Under the pieces are notes generated by a model that ran no database searches, had not been told where the DNA came from, and saw only the letters and a program-made list of their open reading frames with translations. A program made the position numbers and the translations under genes. From assembly GCA_025201805.1 (NCBI GenBank), contig MU619262.1, forward strand, positions 225,068-289,067: 64,000 bases of DNA. Reading direction: 5' to 3'. Shown here piece by piece: positions 51,368 to 63,917 of the stretch. This stretch comes from Parasitella parasitica NRRL 2501. Lineage: Eukaryota; Fungi; Mucoromycota. Within the stretch, counting starts at the first letter, position 1; every line of letters begins with the position of its first letter.

Positions 51368-52407
51368 TATATAATTATCTAGACGTTTTTTTATAGTTGT
51401 AAAAGTGCTGTTAAATAGGAAAGAGTGGGGAGTTGATATTGGCAAAGAAAAGAGTTGACAAAAAAGTGTGTACTGAAGTGTTGAATTGATTGAAATGTTG
51501 ATGATTTATTGTACAATTGTAAATTAGTGGCTGCCAGTAGCATTTGTTTATTATCAAGCATTACCTTTTAATAAGATTTTTTTTCGAGAATACAAATGAA
51601 AAAAAAGTTTACTTATTAAATGTCTGAAATAAAGCCGTATTCCTATTTTCTCCACATTTGTTTTTTCAAACCAGGCTTGCGACCCACCAGGGCAACCCAT
51701 TTGACGATATAATAGATAGAATAGTTTGACGTCACAGAAGGAAAGCACTCTTCTGCTAGAAGGGCTTTGAATCAAGTAGCTCATGAAAGATCTCTCAAAT
51801 CCAAGAAACTAACATTCTTGCAGCTCCAAGTTGCACCTTTTCTTTCAATAAAAAAATGTATAATCCGTAGACATCATGTTTCTTTAAAATACAAGTAAAA
51901 AAACTCTTTGACACGAAAAATGGGCATATTTTTTTTACGAGATTGCTGGCCTTTCTTACCAATTCAAGTGCCCAGAACCATGCTAAACAATTCCTCAGAG
52001 CCTGTAGCCACTACCTGATGTATCTTCAAAGAAATTTTAGTTGAAGTTTTTCTTTATCGGTTTTCAGCACTTTTCATTAGAATCCAGAGGGATAAATTCA
52101 CGGATTTACTATTTCCCTTTATTTTGCCTCGGAAACGATTTTTTTGTTGTAGTATGCATTAGTCGAAAAACAATCCAAATTGTATCAAAATTAAAATATA
52201 AAAACTGCCATTTTAGATATGCAAATGCAAATTACATGCTGTTGAACAAAAATCGCATTTTCTTTCAAATGCAGATTACTCAAAACTATTTGTATCAAAT
52301 TTTCTTGTAAGTTGCATCATAAAATGCGCAATAAAATACTCTGCAAAACTGTTTGGTTTTTAATATATAGCAAATTAATGAATTTTGAAGAATTGACCAA
52401 CAAGAAA

Positions 52408-53870
52408 TTTTTTTTTCTTTTCTTTTTTAAATGTGTTTATTAATTGAGCTGCGTACAATAAGAGTATAAGGTCATAACGAAGAGGCAGGTGCAATTGAGA
52501 AAATAAGGAAAAATATCAGCTATGATAAAATAATTCAGATATTGGGATGAAAAGATTATTCAATTAGTACCCAGACACTACAGGAGGGAACGCCACAGAC
52601 CTTCTCCGATGGTTTGGTGCATATTGGATCGGATAGTGACCAATATTGCTGTAGGCTTGATGGGTGTTTTGTCGAAAATAAACCTCATATGGGTAAGCCA
52701 TATTTGAGTGAGTGCGATAATGAGGACTCGGCATGGTGTGATTCCTTTGCATCGGCAGTACCAGATGTTAGAAAAATCCAGGGACAGAAGAGTCTCTTTG
52801 ATATCGTCTATAGAAGCATTAGGCCATAGGAACTCAAAAGATGATGCCCTGCTAGATTTTCTCTTTTGCTGGTCAATGGAAGAGAAGGTGACTGAAAGAA
52901 CTGTTCTTGAGCAAGAAGACTGGACAGAGAGGAGAATCAAAAGCCATTGGCTTTCATCAAGTGATCGCTTTCAGCGTTTGTCGACATGATGCCTGATTTA
53001 TTGTGGCTTTCTGACCCAAAACTAGAAGAACGACCTTGTTCACCAAATAGACGAAGACCTGGGAGCATCATTGTTATCTTTTTTATTAGTTTTCTCTTGT
53101 CCCTGAGAATTCTGATACCCTTTAGGAGGCTTTGATGTACAGAAGATTTGTCAACTGCACGGATTTTGTTGGGAGCTGAACCAATTGATCCATTGCGGCT
53201 ACAGATTCGCATTTTGTGGCCGGCTTCATTACAATGGTAACGAACCCACTGTTTATAATCAAGACAATCAGCACGGTAATAGTCAGTACTTTAACAATTG
53301 CAACAAAAGTCGGGCATCTTGTTGTCCCACATCCGCAGGATATGAGAAAATCCCCTTTACAAAAGTACCATCTTCAAGAGTAATTCCTTCGTCAATCAGA
53401 TCCTGACCATCTGAACTGTTTAATAGCCACATTGTTTCTAAGAAATCGTGGTCGAGATAGGTACGGGTTTATTTACGATAACCAAGAAAATCTTTATAGT
53501 ATCCTGTGTTACATTGAATTTGAGAAAGGCTTTGTTGAGCAATTTACGATCTTTGACATGAGCCGGATCAATGAGAGAGGAGCGTTGTTCCATGTCTTCA
53601 ACGAAAGCACGATTGACTGTAATGGGAAAAAGAGGGAGCAGTGCCGTTTATTACATTTTGCGAAGATCTTCCTCAGTAATAGGTCAAGTAACAAGAGCGG
53701 GATTGAAGGAAACAATTGATTTCTTTTTGTTGTTGTTATTATCTTTATCTTTGGAACTAACAACATGGGCTCACAGCATTCGAGGCCCATTGTTGAGATT
53801 CGTAGTTTGCCTTTGTTGTATATTTTCTGTTATGACGAAATGTCCGTGTTTAACACGCCAAAAAGGATTT
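52408..53870 (-). mobile_element. Degenerate, internally deleted L1-like non-LTR retrotransposon
   Basis: ORF1 relic with two CCHC knuckles (MPDFCCNC*STDYYRADC; YHCNEAGHKMRIC, ~53200-53317) joined to an ORF2 C-terminal zinc-binding relic (SPLCPV...HLLFH*P.KEKI*QGIIF / EFLWP...IWLTHMRFIFD); A-rich tail at ~52408-52428; many stops and frameshifts; boundaries approximate. Confidence 0.72.
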
Positions 53871-55161
53871 GAAAATTTTATATCAAAGCCTGTCTCTTGC
53901 GCCAGTAAAAAAAGGCATGATCATCGCTATCTAAGCATAACTTGGCTACCACTTATCTGCAAAAACAGTTTCAGGCGACTATCTAACAGTAGTAATAGCA
54001 GCCCTTTCAAGGCGAGATGAAAAGATGTCTAAATGTTATACAGTTTGTGTAAACCAAAACCAATACCATATAAAAGGTAGGCGGGCTATATAAAATAAAA
54101 TCTCGAATTAAGAATGCAACCTTCAGACGAACAAGGCAATAGATGTTAATGCTCGATGATATTGAAGAAAAAAATGAAATGTTAACCGCTTAATTAAACT
54201 CGCCCAACTGCTTTCGACTAGATTATCAGAAAATATTTATCAAAAAAGAGAAGAAAAAAAGCACAGGATGACATTTGATTGTGTCCTTAGAATACGTGCC
54301 GGATCTTACAGATTACCAAGATTTCTTTGTTGTCTAACAATACATATTCTCTAGCTTTGCGTCAAAAAATATCAATAGCACTGATTCAAGAGAGTAGAAT
54401 TTTCGAAAGGATGATGTTGCAATTAATTCCAGAGAAACAGAAGCTAGATGCCAGGTCATGGTAGTTAAGATCAACAAAGTGGAAAATACGTGCCCAAGAA
54501 AGAGAAATCCAAACACAATCCGCTGATCTCTACGCTGAAAACACCTTTTTAGGTAACATGCTTATCAGGACACACAACAAAGAAATGAGGATTACCAACA
54601 ATCAAAGGTATGGCAGAATGAATTGTGGACTTGTTAGACATCGGGAAGCAAGATGCCTGCCACACAGAAAATGCGCATCCTGGCATAAGTACTATATATG
54701 TACATGTCCTGTTACTACTGTATGCATATATAGATACAACAAAATGCATGTGCTCGCATTAGAAACGACAATCCATATTCCCCAAACAATATTGATAGTC
54801 GATGGGATGGTCCGTAACGATTTGTACAGCACTTGAGCCCGAGTATAATCTGTAGGCTTGAGGCTATTATCAATATTATATGATTAGTCTAATTGATTGT
54901 CTATAGGTAGCGGAATAAAGAATTGAACTAATAGTACGATTACCCTGCACAATGTCATCGTGAATGACTAAATCAAGACGAAAATCCGGTTGTGATTTAA
55001 AATACCATTCCAATCTGATCATCCAAATTGAATAAGAACACCAATTAAAGCATATTACAGATATTATTTTCGTGATTTCCATTGATATCAAATCAATGGA
55101 AGAAAGTTTACTTTATTCAAAAAAATTAGATACGCAAAAGGTGGTATAAATGTGATAGAAA

Positions 55162-55190
55162 TAGTAGTAGTAGTAGTAGTAGTAGTAGTA
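55162..55190. repeat. (TAG)n microsatellite
   Basis: About 9 tandem TAG units. Confidence 0.9.
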
Positions 55191-55262
55191 TAGTCTATGG
55201 TGTGGTTTAAAGAATGCAATTATTATAATATATACACAGAAAGAATGCTGCGGATTTCTCGT

Positions 55263-55586
55263 CTAAGGAGATGCAGATGATGATGAAGAGGGAGGTGTGG
55301 ATGCTTCAGCAAAAAAGAAATCGTCGGTAGAATTTTCAGAGAGATAACGGTCAAATTCAGCTGATTCTCTGCCGTCGTAAGGCAACATTTGATTCTTCCA
55401 TTTACATTGCGAACATTCATATCGAACTCTTGAGTTATCAGTGATGCGTTTGTTCAATACGATGAGTGATTTTTCGGACCTTGTGAGTTGAACAGAGTGT
55501 TGGTGTTTACATCTGGGGCAAGGATGAGAAGCATGTTCGAGAGAGATTTTTTTGCCAGAGTTGGATACTAATACAAAGCCAGTCAT
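55263..55586 (-). CDS. Small zinc-ribbon protein (107 aa)
   Basis: CPRC...ECSQCKW cysteine pairs; TATAAATA about 100 nt upstream. Confidence 0.72.
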   Translation of the reverse strand: MTGFVLVSNSGKKISLEHASHPCPRCKHQHSVQLTRSEKSLIVLNKRITDNSRVRYECSQCKWKNQMLPYDGRESAEFDRYLSENSTDDFFFAEASTPPSSSSSASP

Positions 55587-56750
55587 TATAAGTCTATGTG
55601 TCTATAGAGAAGGAAGGGAATGGGGGGTTTTTTTTTGTTTTGTCTGTGAATATAGAAGAAAGATTATTTAAATTTCTGTTTGGTATTTATAGAGAATGGA
55701 GGTTGGTGTGCGTAGAGAACGAAATAGGGGGAGTCCACGTTTTGCACTAATAGAATGATAGGATATGTTTCGAAGTAATGAAAGTTTTGAAGCCACGTTT
55801 CCGATCAAATCGAAATTCATTGTAGTGCAGACATTTTGTCATGGCCAATAGTTGATGATATACTGTTAATTGTCGTCATTATAACGTCGTGTCATCATAT
55901 TGAGTTGATGATATTATAGTATATATATTTCATTGATGAAAAAGAATAACGGTGCTTTCATCCGAACTTCCGTGCTCATTAAATGCATACAATATAATTG
56001 AATTTAAAAGAAGGGGTATACACACGCACACAAAAGAAAATGAAGAGGGAGACACGCCAAAAAAAATAACAAGCGCCGTACATATTGATATTATATCGTC
56101 TAGCCTTATTGCATCATTCAGACATCAAATTTACTTTTCCTTCCAATTAGGCTACCATAAAAAAAGGACGGATGATTTGATCAGGCGTCATTGACAAGCA
56201 ATTTACCCCTTTCTATCATTATAGCCTCAATTCCTCACGTGCCTTGTAGGGAGTTACCATATTTGTGTGATAAAGCGATAAGGAGTAGGCGAAAATGATG
56301 AACACATATTTGTGAGCAATATGAAATGCTAAAAAAGAAAAAAACTTGTTTAATTTATATTCTGCCTAATTATTATTATTTATGTAATTTATTCATTACT
56401 GCAATAATTTATCCTAATGAAAAGCATTTGACGGTTGGTTTAAAATAGTCTCTGGGTGGGCGTTTATCGCATATGCTGGTTATCAGTGATTTCATTCTTT
56501 GGTCATGTTACTGCTCTGATTCTAGATCGATGCATTTCCGTGAATAGGAAGTCTTGCCAACACTTACCCGCTCCCATAGAGCACAAAGCCATGATGATTG
56601 CTTTTTAAGCATTGTATGTGCTTTACTCTTGTGCCAAGAAGCAAAAGCTCTCCGTATGGAAATTGAATTTTTTTTTTTCACTCACTGGTAGAATAAAAAC
56701 GCGTCAAAGCATACTGTATATTGGTACGGTAATATTTTACAGATTTTTAT

Positions 56751-59249
56751 TTAATCTTTATCAGCATCTTCCTTTAACGAAACGGTACGATTTACAATGA
56801 TGGTCTTTAGACCTTCCTTTACTTGACCAGACTTGATCAATTCAGCATCCAGCTCAGTATCCTTATCCAAACAGAAATAGCCTGTGCGAGTGAATTGCCA
56901 GCGCATGCTTTCCTTGTCTTTGCCACCAGTTTTGTTTACCCAATCGGCAATGTGGTCATACAAACCCACTTCCGCGATGGCACCCCTGACAACCTCCAAT
57001 GAATGACTGTTGATATCGTTGAGGTAGCCTCCTTCAACTGTTTCAGGGTTATCATGCATAAAGAGACGTTCGTAAATACGGAGCTCATCCAGCTTGACAG
57101 GCGAATTGTATTTAGGTGAGTCGGCAACCCAGTGAATATACGTCTTGGGCTTCTTGGATACCCCATCATTTTCATAGGTACATTCAATTTCTATTACCTT
57201 GCCAGTATCGTCTTTCTTGTAGCCGGTACAGTGAATATGGTGCTTGGCATACAAGAGACCAACCGATTTACCAGGAGCAAGGCGATAGTAGCCCTTGGTA
57301 TCTTGCTCACGGAAGTCAGACCTATCAATATACAAAAACTTGGTGAATGGAACCAGATGTTCACCCATAGCAGGATCTCTGGGTTTGTTGGGGACAGCAA
57401 GTTGCTCGACAAAATCATCAGAGACGTTAGTCAATACAACACGAATGGGATCTACAATGGCCATTAAACGGGGAGCAGTTTTGTCTAAATATTCACGAGT
57501 TTTTGAATCGAAACGTGAGACTTCAATGGTAGATTGGTTTGTAGTGACGCCAAGCTCAAGTACAAAGTTGTTGATGGCCTCAGGAGGGACACCGCGTCTA
57601 CGGATGCCAACAAGCGTATAGAGTCTTGGGTCATCCCAATCATTAACATAGTTGTTTGTAACCATTTTGAGGATTTTACGCTTGGACATGATGGTTCCAC
57701 TAACATTCAGACGTCCATATTCCCACTGTACCGGCTTGTAAATTTCGACAGCATCAACCAACCAGTAATAGCTTTCACGAGATTGTCTGAATTCGGTCGT
57801 ACAGAGCGAGTGAGTGATATTTTCGAATGAATCGACCAAGCAATGCGTAAAGTCATACGTAGGATAGATGCACCATTGGTCGTGGGTTTTGAAATGAGGT
57901 GTATACAAGATACGATAAGCAATCAGGTCCCAGAACTGAGGGTTGCCGTTATCCAAATCCATCTTCATACGGAGAGTAACTTCACTTTCCTTGTAACCGC
58001 CTTCCTTCATCTTGTAGAATTGACGCAAGGTTTCCTCAATGGGTCTGTCACGATGGACACAGGCTCTACGCTCCCCATGGTCTTTGCCACCACGACACGC
58101 ATTGATCTCCTCGCCAGTACATTGGCAGGTATAGGCTAATCCCTTTTTGATCAACTTGACAGCCAAATCAAACAGCTCTTGGAAGTAATCACTAGAGTAA
58201 GTAATCTTGTACGGCTCAAACCCGAGCCATCTCACTGTCTCAAGAATGGAGGTAAAGTACTTTTCCTCTTCGGCTTCAGGATTAGTATCATCGTAACGGA
58301 GATAGGTAATGCCATTATGGGCTTTTGCGTAACCAAAATTGACATTGATAGCCTTTGCATGACCAATGTGGAGATAGCCATTAGGTTCGGGAGGGAAACG
58401 AGTGACAACTTTTCCCCCAGTAGCCTTCAAATGCTCCTCCATTAATTCAGGCTTGATTTGAGGATTTTCTCCAGCTTTATGCAATCTACCCAGGTCACTT
58501 TCAAAAAAGATCCTTGTCAGGTCCACCTTTATCTCGGGTTCAGCCGTCTTGCTAACAGTAGCGGTGGCTGGCTTGGGCTCCTTCTTTTTTTTTTGGGGGG
58601 CATCACGTTCGTCCTTGGGACCCAGTAGGGCAAGATATTGAGCCTCCACCTCATTCTTTACCTTACCGCCATCAGCCCAACGAAGAGACTCGATCTTTCT
58701 TGTGTTAGATAAAGTGGGACCCAAAGTCTTGTAGCGGTTGGCAACAATATTTTCGTTGTTGGCAGAAATATACTCTGCAATCGCCTGTGTAATCTGTTCA
58801 GGAGTAACAACAATGCCTGGGAAATCACTTAGTGAACCAATAAAATGTTCCAAAAACTTTTCTGTACTTACCAACACCAGTGGCGGCATCAAACTCTTCT
58901 TGCTTGAATCCGCTTTCACAAAACTTGATTGCGGCTAACAGTTGATATCACGATCAGCATTTTGATTGTCTCCAAAAAGGGGTGATTTACCTGAAATTTG
59001 GTCGGTAGTCTTTAAATCACCATTCATGATTTTCTCTGTAATAAAAGAACGGTACTCGGCAGGAATCTTGGAAGCACCAGCGGCCAAAGTGTACAGGAGA
59101 ATGCCAATGTCTTTATCACAGCCATCACGAAAGTTGGCTTCGTTGATGATAGTCTCGAGCGTAGTTGCCAGCTTTTTGTTCTTGGCTGTGTCTTTGGCTT
59201 TTTGTTCGGACAAGCCAATCTTGACAAAAAGGGGAATCAGGTCGTCCAT
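56751..59249 (-). CDS. GLN4: Glutaminyl-tRNA synthetase, 3 exons
   Basis: Eukaryotic N-terminal domain (MDDLIPLFVKIGLSEQKAKDT), RFPPEPNGYLHIGH, YPTYDFTHC, MSKRK, WQFTRTGYFC. Confidence 0.96.
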
Positions 59250-60963
59250 CTTGAGCGTTGATATAACAGATGAAAAATGTGCCAAAAACTTTTTTCCATT
59301 GTCTAATTTATACCATGAAAAAATTAATGAGTCACTTTCTAGCTGTGCCACAGCTGCGACCTTTAGGCAAGCATTATCGTAAAGGTCAAGGCCTTGTGCC
59401 CGTAAACAAATCCTCCAAGAATCCGAGACTGGTGCAGAGTCGAATGCACGTGGTATGCTTAAGCTGCTTGTTTCTACGCTTGTTGTTGACAATCAAAATT
59501 CGTGTGTTGAAATGGAGTTTTCCACCCCTAAAATAATGATCAGAATCCGTATTCGCACATTTAAAACTTGCCACAGCAGACAATACCACCCTTTGCGAGG
59601 AAGACCAATGCTCCAAGAAATAGAGGCCTTTTTGGGCTTTCTTCCTACAACATCGATGGCTCAGACGATTCCTCGATTGCATTGTCGAATCATACAAGAA
59701 GTTTACCACATATTTCATGAGATGAAAACACTTGGTATGCATATCTGATTTATTTATTACTTTCTTGAAAATATACATCCCTCCTTGGTGGCAATTATGA
59801 AAAAAAAAAAATTGAAACATGGCTCGTAAAACAATGGTCAATTTGTTGCTGGTCCTCTAGACCCTTTGGTTTGCGCGATGACTTGTTACAGCACAAAATA
59901 TATTATTATTACAAGCATTGGCTGTAAAAAAGGCGATCCAACAAAATAATGTTTTATTCGAACAAATGCAATATAGGGTTATTTAATATGAAATTATGCT
60001 TTTATTTAGTTCTCAAGATCAATACAATTTCGATGATTCTTTCATGGTACAGGATGGACTGTAGCATAGCTATCCCCAGACAGATGCAATCTAAAGAGAG
60101 AATTTACTGCAACTTTGTTATTGTAACAGAATCCACATTTAACCAACCTGGATATGGTGGATTCACCATCAAATACATGCTGTTTCAACACTTTGATCTT
60201 TTGTATACGAATATAGTAAATCTCTAGCCAAGAACACATTAATTCTGTCAGTAAGAATATAATTCCTAGCATTTGATATTGCAACATTTTATCTGTAAAT
60301 ATGCATTTGATACCATATTTCCTTATGTATGCTACACCATGCCGTATCGAAATGTGCCTCACTTCACCATAAAAGAATAATTTGAAACGCCCAGAAAGGG
60401 AGAGATCAGGATAAATACATACAGGGAGTTAAGTTATCGAGTTCTAAGCAAAAGTGCCTGATTGTGAATAATACTCCTGACATACAAGCCGTGATTCCTA
60501 TCGCCTACAAATGTGTGTTGTGGGCGGTTATTCACCATAATTTTGGGAAAACTGGCTCTGGTTGGCTCATCATAGATTAACCTAGAATATTGGCAATTTC
60601 AGTATGCGCTTGTTTAATCTAAACTTGTTGATTTCTACAAATGGTACGGTATAATATGCAGCTTACTTGTGATTCTATTGAAAGAAAGGAAACATGACTC
60701 CTTGTTTGCTTATTGCATATTGATACATACCGAGCCAATAAGCGTTTTGTAATTGCGCGTATAATTACCCGGAAAGTGATGAATCAAAAAATCATGCATG
60801 AAACATCGATACAAACGCTATTCGTACAATAAATTTGAACGAGAACCACGATTAACATGTTCAAGCGACATTTTTCAGTAAGAAAAAAGCATATTATCTG
60901 ATCCTAAGGATATTTATTATTGATAAAGCAAGGTTAAAATGATCTCAACTTTAGAGAAACATT

Positions 60964-61066
60964 CGGCGGATCTTCCGACTACTTGGCGCTGCATCCAGTG
61001 TGAATTCCTGCGGCGGAACCCCCGGTAGTATACCATATAAGTTGAAATCCTGCGGCGCAATCTCCG
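60964..61066 (+). promoter_or_regulatory. Three CGG-N8-CCG inverted-triplet elements upstream of the P450
   Basis: CGGCGGATCTTCCG 60964-60977, CGGCGGAACCCCCG 61011-61024, CGGCGCAATCTCCG 61053-61066; TATA-like run near 61099. Confidence 0.7.
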
Positions 61067-61173
61067 TTTAGATTTGTTGATCTAGTGAACAATACAAGTA
61101 TATATATTTATACGCTCAACTCCTTTGTTTCTGTTCGTTTATTCCTCTCTCTTTAATTTTTTTATAACCAAAT

Positions 61174-63051
61174 ATGATTGAAAACACATTGCAAAGCTAT
61201 AACAAGGCAATTGAAAAAGTGCTCTCAGTGGTAAGAAAAAAAAAAGTCTCGTACATTGGCATGGCCGTTTTGTGTCTGGTTCTTCAACGGATTTATGCTT
61301 CTTATGCTGTGCCACCAAGCTCTCTCCGTCAGTATCCAAAAGTATCACTACTTGCTATGCTCAAATCGTTTTATGTCAAAGAGTCAGTGGCCAGCCGCAG
61401 CAAAAGATTAGTTGCTCCTTTAACTAATGCAGGACACGGCTTTTACGTAGTAAGCTTTGATAATAGTATCTCTTCTTGACCCATTTTTTTAATTTATCTT
61501 GTTTTAGTGTCGAATCCCTTTGACCTGGACCATATTTGTCACTGACCCTCTTGCCGCTAAAACATTTCTACTCAAAACAGAAAACTTTCCCAAAACCAAT
61601 ACAATTTTTGGAGCTCTGGGTGATTCAAGTCCTGTTGTCAAGTTTATGGGCAAAGAAAATGTAGCCATGTCAAATGGTGAGCAATGGAAAAGGCAGCGCA
61701 AGGTACGCATAATATGTATAGTTGATGCGAATCACTACTAAATCTATGCCATTAATAATGCAGATTATGAACCCTGCTTTTCATCGTTCTCAGCCAGTAA
61801 AGACATTTGGAAATGTAGTGCCAGACTTGTTTGTCTTGATTGACCAAGATCCTGAGCGTGTACTTATCACACCAAAGATGAAATCATTTGCACTTGATGC
61901 CTTGGGCTTATCGGCATTTGGGTTTGATTTCCAATCTTTGAAAGGAGATCCTGAAGGATGGACAAGAAAGTACAATGTTGTGATTTCTACCTTGTTCAAC
62001 CCTTTTATCAACATTTTCGCCAGTATCGATTTTCTGGTCAAGTACATTTCTCCTGAAAGAAGACGAGTAATCAAAGCAACTGACGAGTTCAACAACATGC
62101 TGAGCGATTTGGCTGATAAAAGAAGACAGGAAATACTCGATGGTGAAAAGCAAGGTATTCCGGAAAACGAAAAGGACCTGCTTACATTGATGATTGAGGC
62201 TGATATTCGAGATGGTGTGGCAACAACAACCAAAGAATTAAGAGTAAGTGCTGAATTTATTCAATATAATAGATCTTATTTAACAGTGCTAATGTTTGTC
62301 GACAGCACAATATGGCTATCTTCTTCTTGGCAGGTCACGATTCCACTGCAAATACACTCGCACTCTGTCTTTATAATCTTGCCAAACACAAGGTATGCGT
62401 GGATTTATATGTCTCTATATAAGCCTTTTTTTGTTACTAATGAATACTTTATAGCACGTACAAAGGAAAGCTCGCCAAGAAGTATTGAATATTTTAGGCG
62501 ATGAGCCTATGGATGTTATTCCTACTGCTGAAGATTTGAAGAAACTCGATTATGTGAATATGGTAATCAAGGAGAATCTTCGCCGCAATGGACCTGCAGA
62601 CAACTTGATGTCGCGGGATACCCAGCAAGATATAGATCTAAATGGTACAATCATTCCAAAGGGGTCCAAAGTCAGTGTCGATGTAGTCTCTATTCACATG
62701 AATCCTAAAATTTGGCACGATCCTGAAAGCTTCATTCCGGAACGATTTGAACAAGGAGGCGAGTACGAAAAGCACGAAGGTTTTACGTGGCTTCCTTTCA
62801 GCAATGGTTCCAGACAATGCCTTGGACTTAATTTTAGCTTGACAGAGCAAAGGGTTGTATTGTGCATGATGTGTAAGTCTTTTCACATTGTATACAAGTA
62901 ATAAACTAATCATTTATCTTTATTGGCTATAGTGAAACGTTATGAAATTGACATTCCAAAAGACTCTATCCATTACAATGAGATCGTTTTTGATGGCGCA
63001 TTCACTTTTGCACCGCAATCACTTGAATTGTCCTTTAAAAGACGTTACTAA
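61174..63051 (+). CDS. Cytochrome P450 (CYP509-like, family uncertain), multi-exon
   Basis: N-terminal membrane anchor, WKRQRK, AGHDSTA I-helix, KENLR (ExxR), PERF, heme motif FSNGSRQCLG. Confidence 0.93.
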
Positions 63052-63097
63052 AGTCTATTCTATATTCTATATTATATATTCATATACTCTTTTCTGT

Positions 63098-63917
63098 CTA
63101 TATCCTATATTTTGCCACATGATTCTGCCAATCGTTGAGATGCGGTATATCGTTTTTAATTTCTTTATCCATAAAGTTTTGAGGACGCATGCCTTTGTAT
63201 TTGAATCTGTACAGACCACAGGCATTGCACAAGGTTTTATCACCAGCAGGTCCAGCACGGATGATTGTGGTCATGAACGGCGAGCAATTGCAGTCAACAC
63301 ATCGCCAGGAGGCGCTCATCATTTTACCTTTACAAATCATGTAGTTAATACGCATAGAAAACCAATCATAGATTCCATATTTTTTTTTTTTTTTTTTAAA
63401 AAAAAGGCTTACTAGGAGTTGGGCGGGTAATCTGGTCAACTGTCGATACATTTTCTTCATTATTATTAGCAACCAACTGGCCTGAGGTCAGCGAAACACC
63501 GGCAGCTTCAGCTGCAATATTCATACGAGCCTTCATTGCGCTTCTTCTCTGACTATGTGTGGATGCGTCTTGTGCGGTTTGCATACTTTTCAAAAACTGA
63601 TCGTCTGTCATTTCATGCTCTGGTGGTGAAGCAAAGATGGTACGATAAGTAGGCACAGGTTCGCGATCAGGCAACGTTGCTCCTTTTCTATTACGCATGC
63701 CTCTTCTCTTTCGTCTTGACTCTCTCGTTCTATCCTTCTCAATCTTTGCAATTTCAGCATCAGTTACCTCTATTAATGACGGTGTAAATCGCTGCACTGA
63801 ATTGTAATCTCTAATCACATTGCGAATAGCCGGTAAAAAACTGCGCTTCAACTCATCATTATCGACTGGTCCGTCACCAAACTCGTATCCTGTTATTAAC
63901 AGTGATTTGATAAATAA
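63098..63917 (-). CDS. SNF5: 3' part of SWI/SNF subunit Snf5 with a C-terminal GATA-type zinc finger; 5' side interrupted or outside the window
   Basis: FIKSLLITGYEF...FTPSLIEVTDAEIAKIEKDRTRESRRKRR...LPDRE..TYRT; last exon WRCVDC..GPAGDKTLCNACGL; in-frame TAA at 63921-63923. Confidence 0.75.

Noticed and set aside
54340-54700. Possible SH3-like pseudogene fragment (DSRE*NFRKDDV)
   Set aside because: The other SH3 signature residues could not be found; too weak.
60060-60200. SYPQTD peptide resembling Rho GTPase or retroviral integrase motifs
   Set aside because: Only six residues, bounded by stops, with no other colinear motifs.
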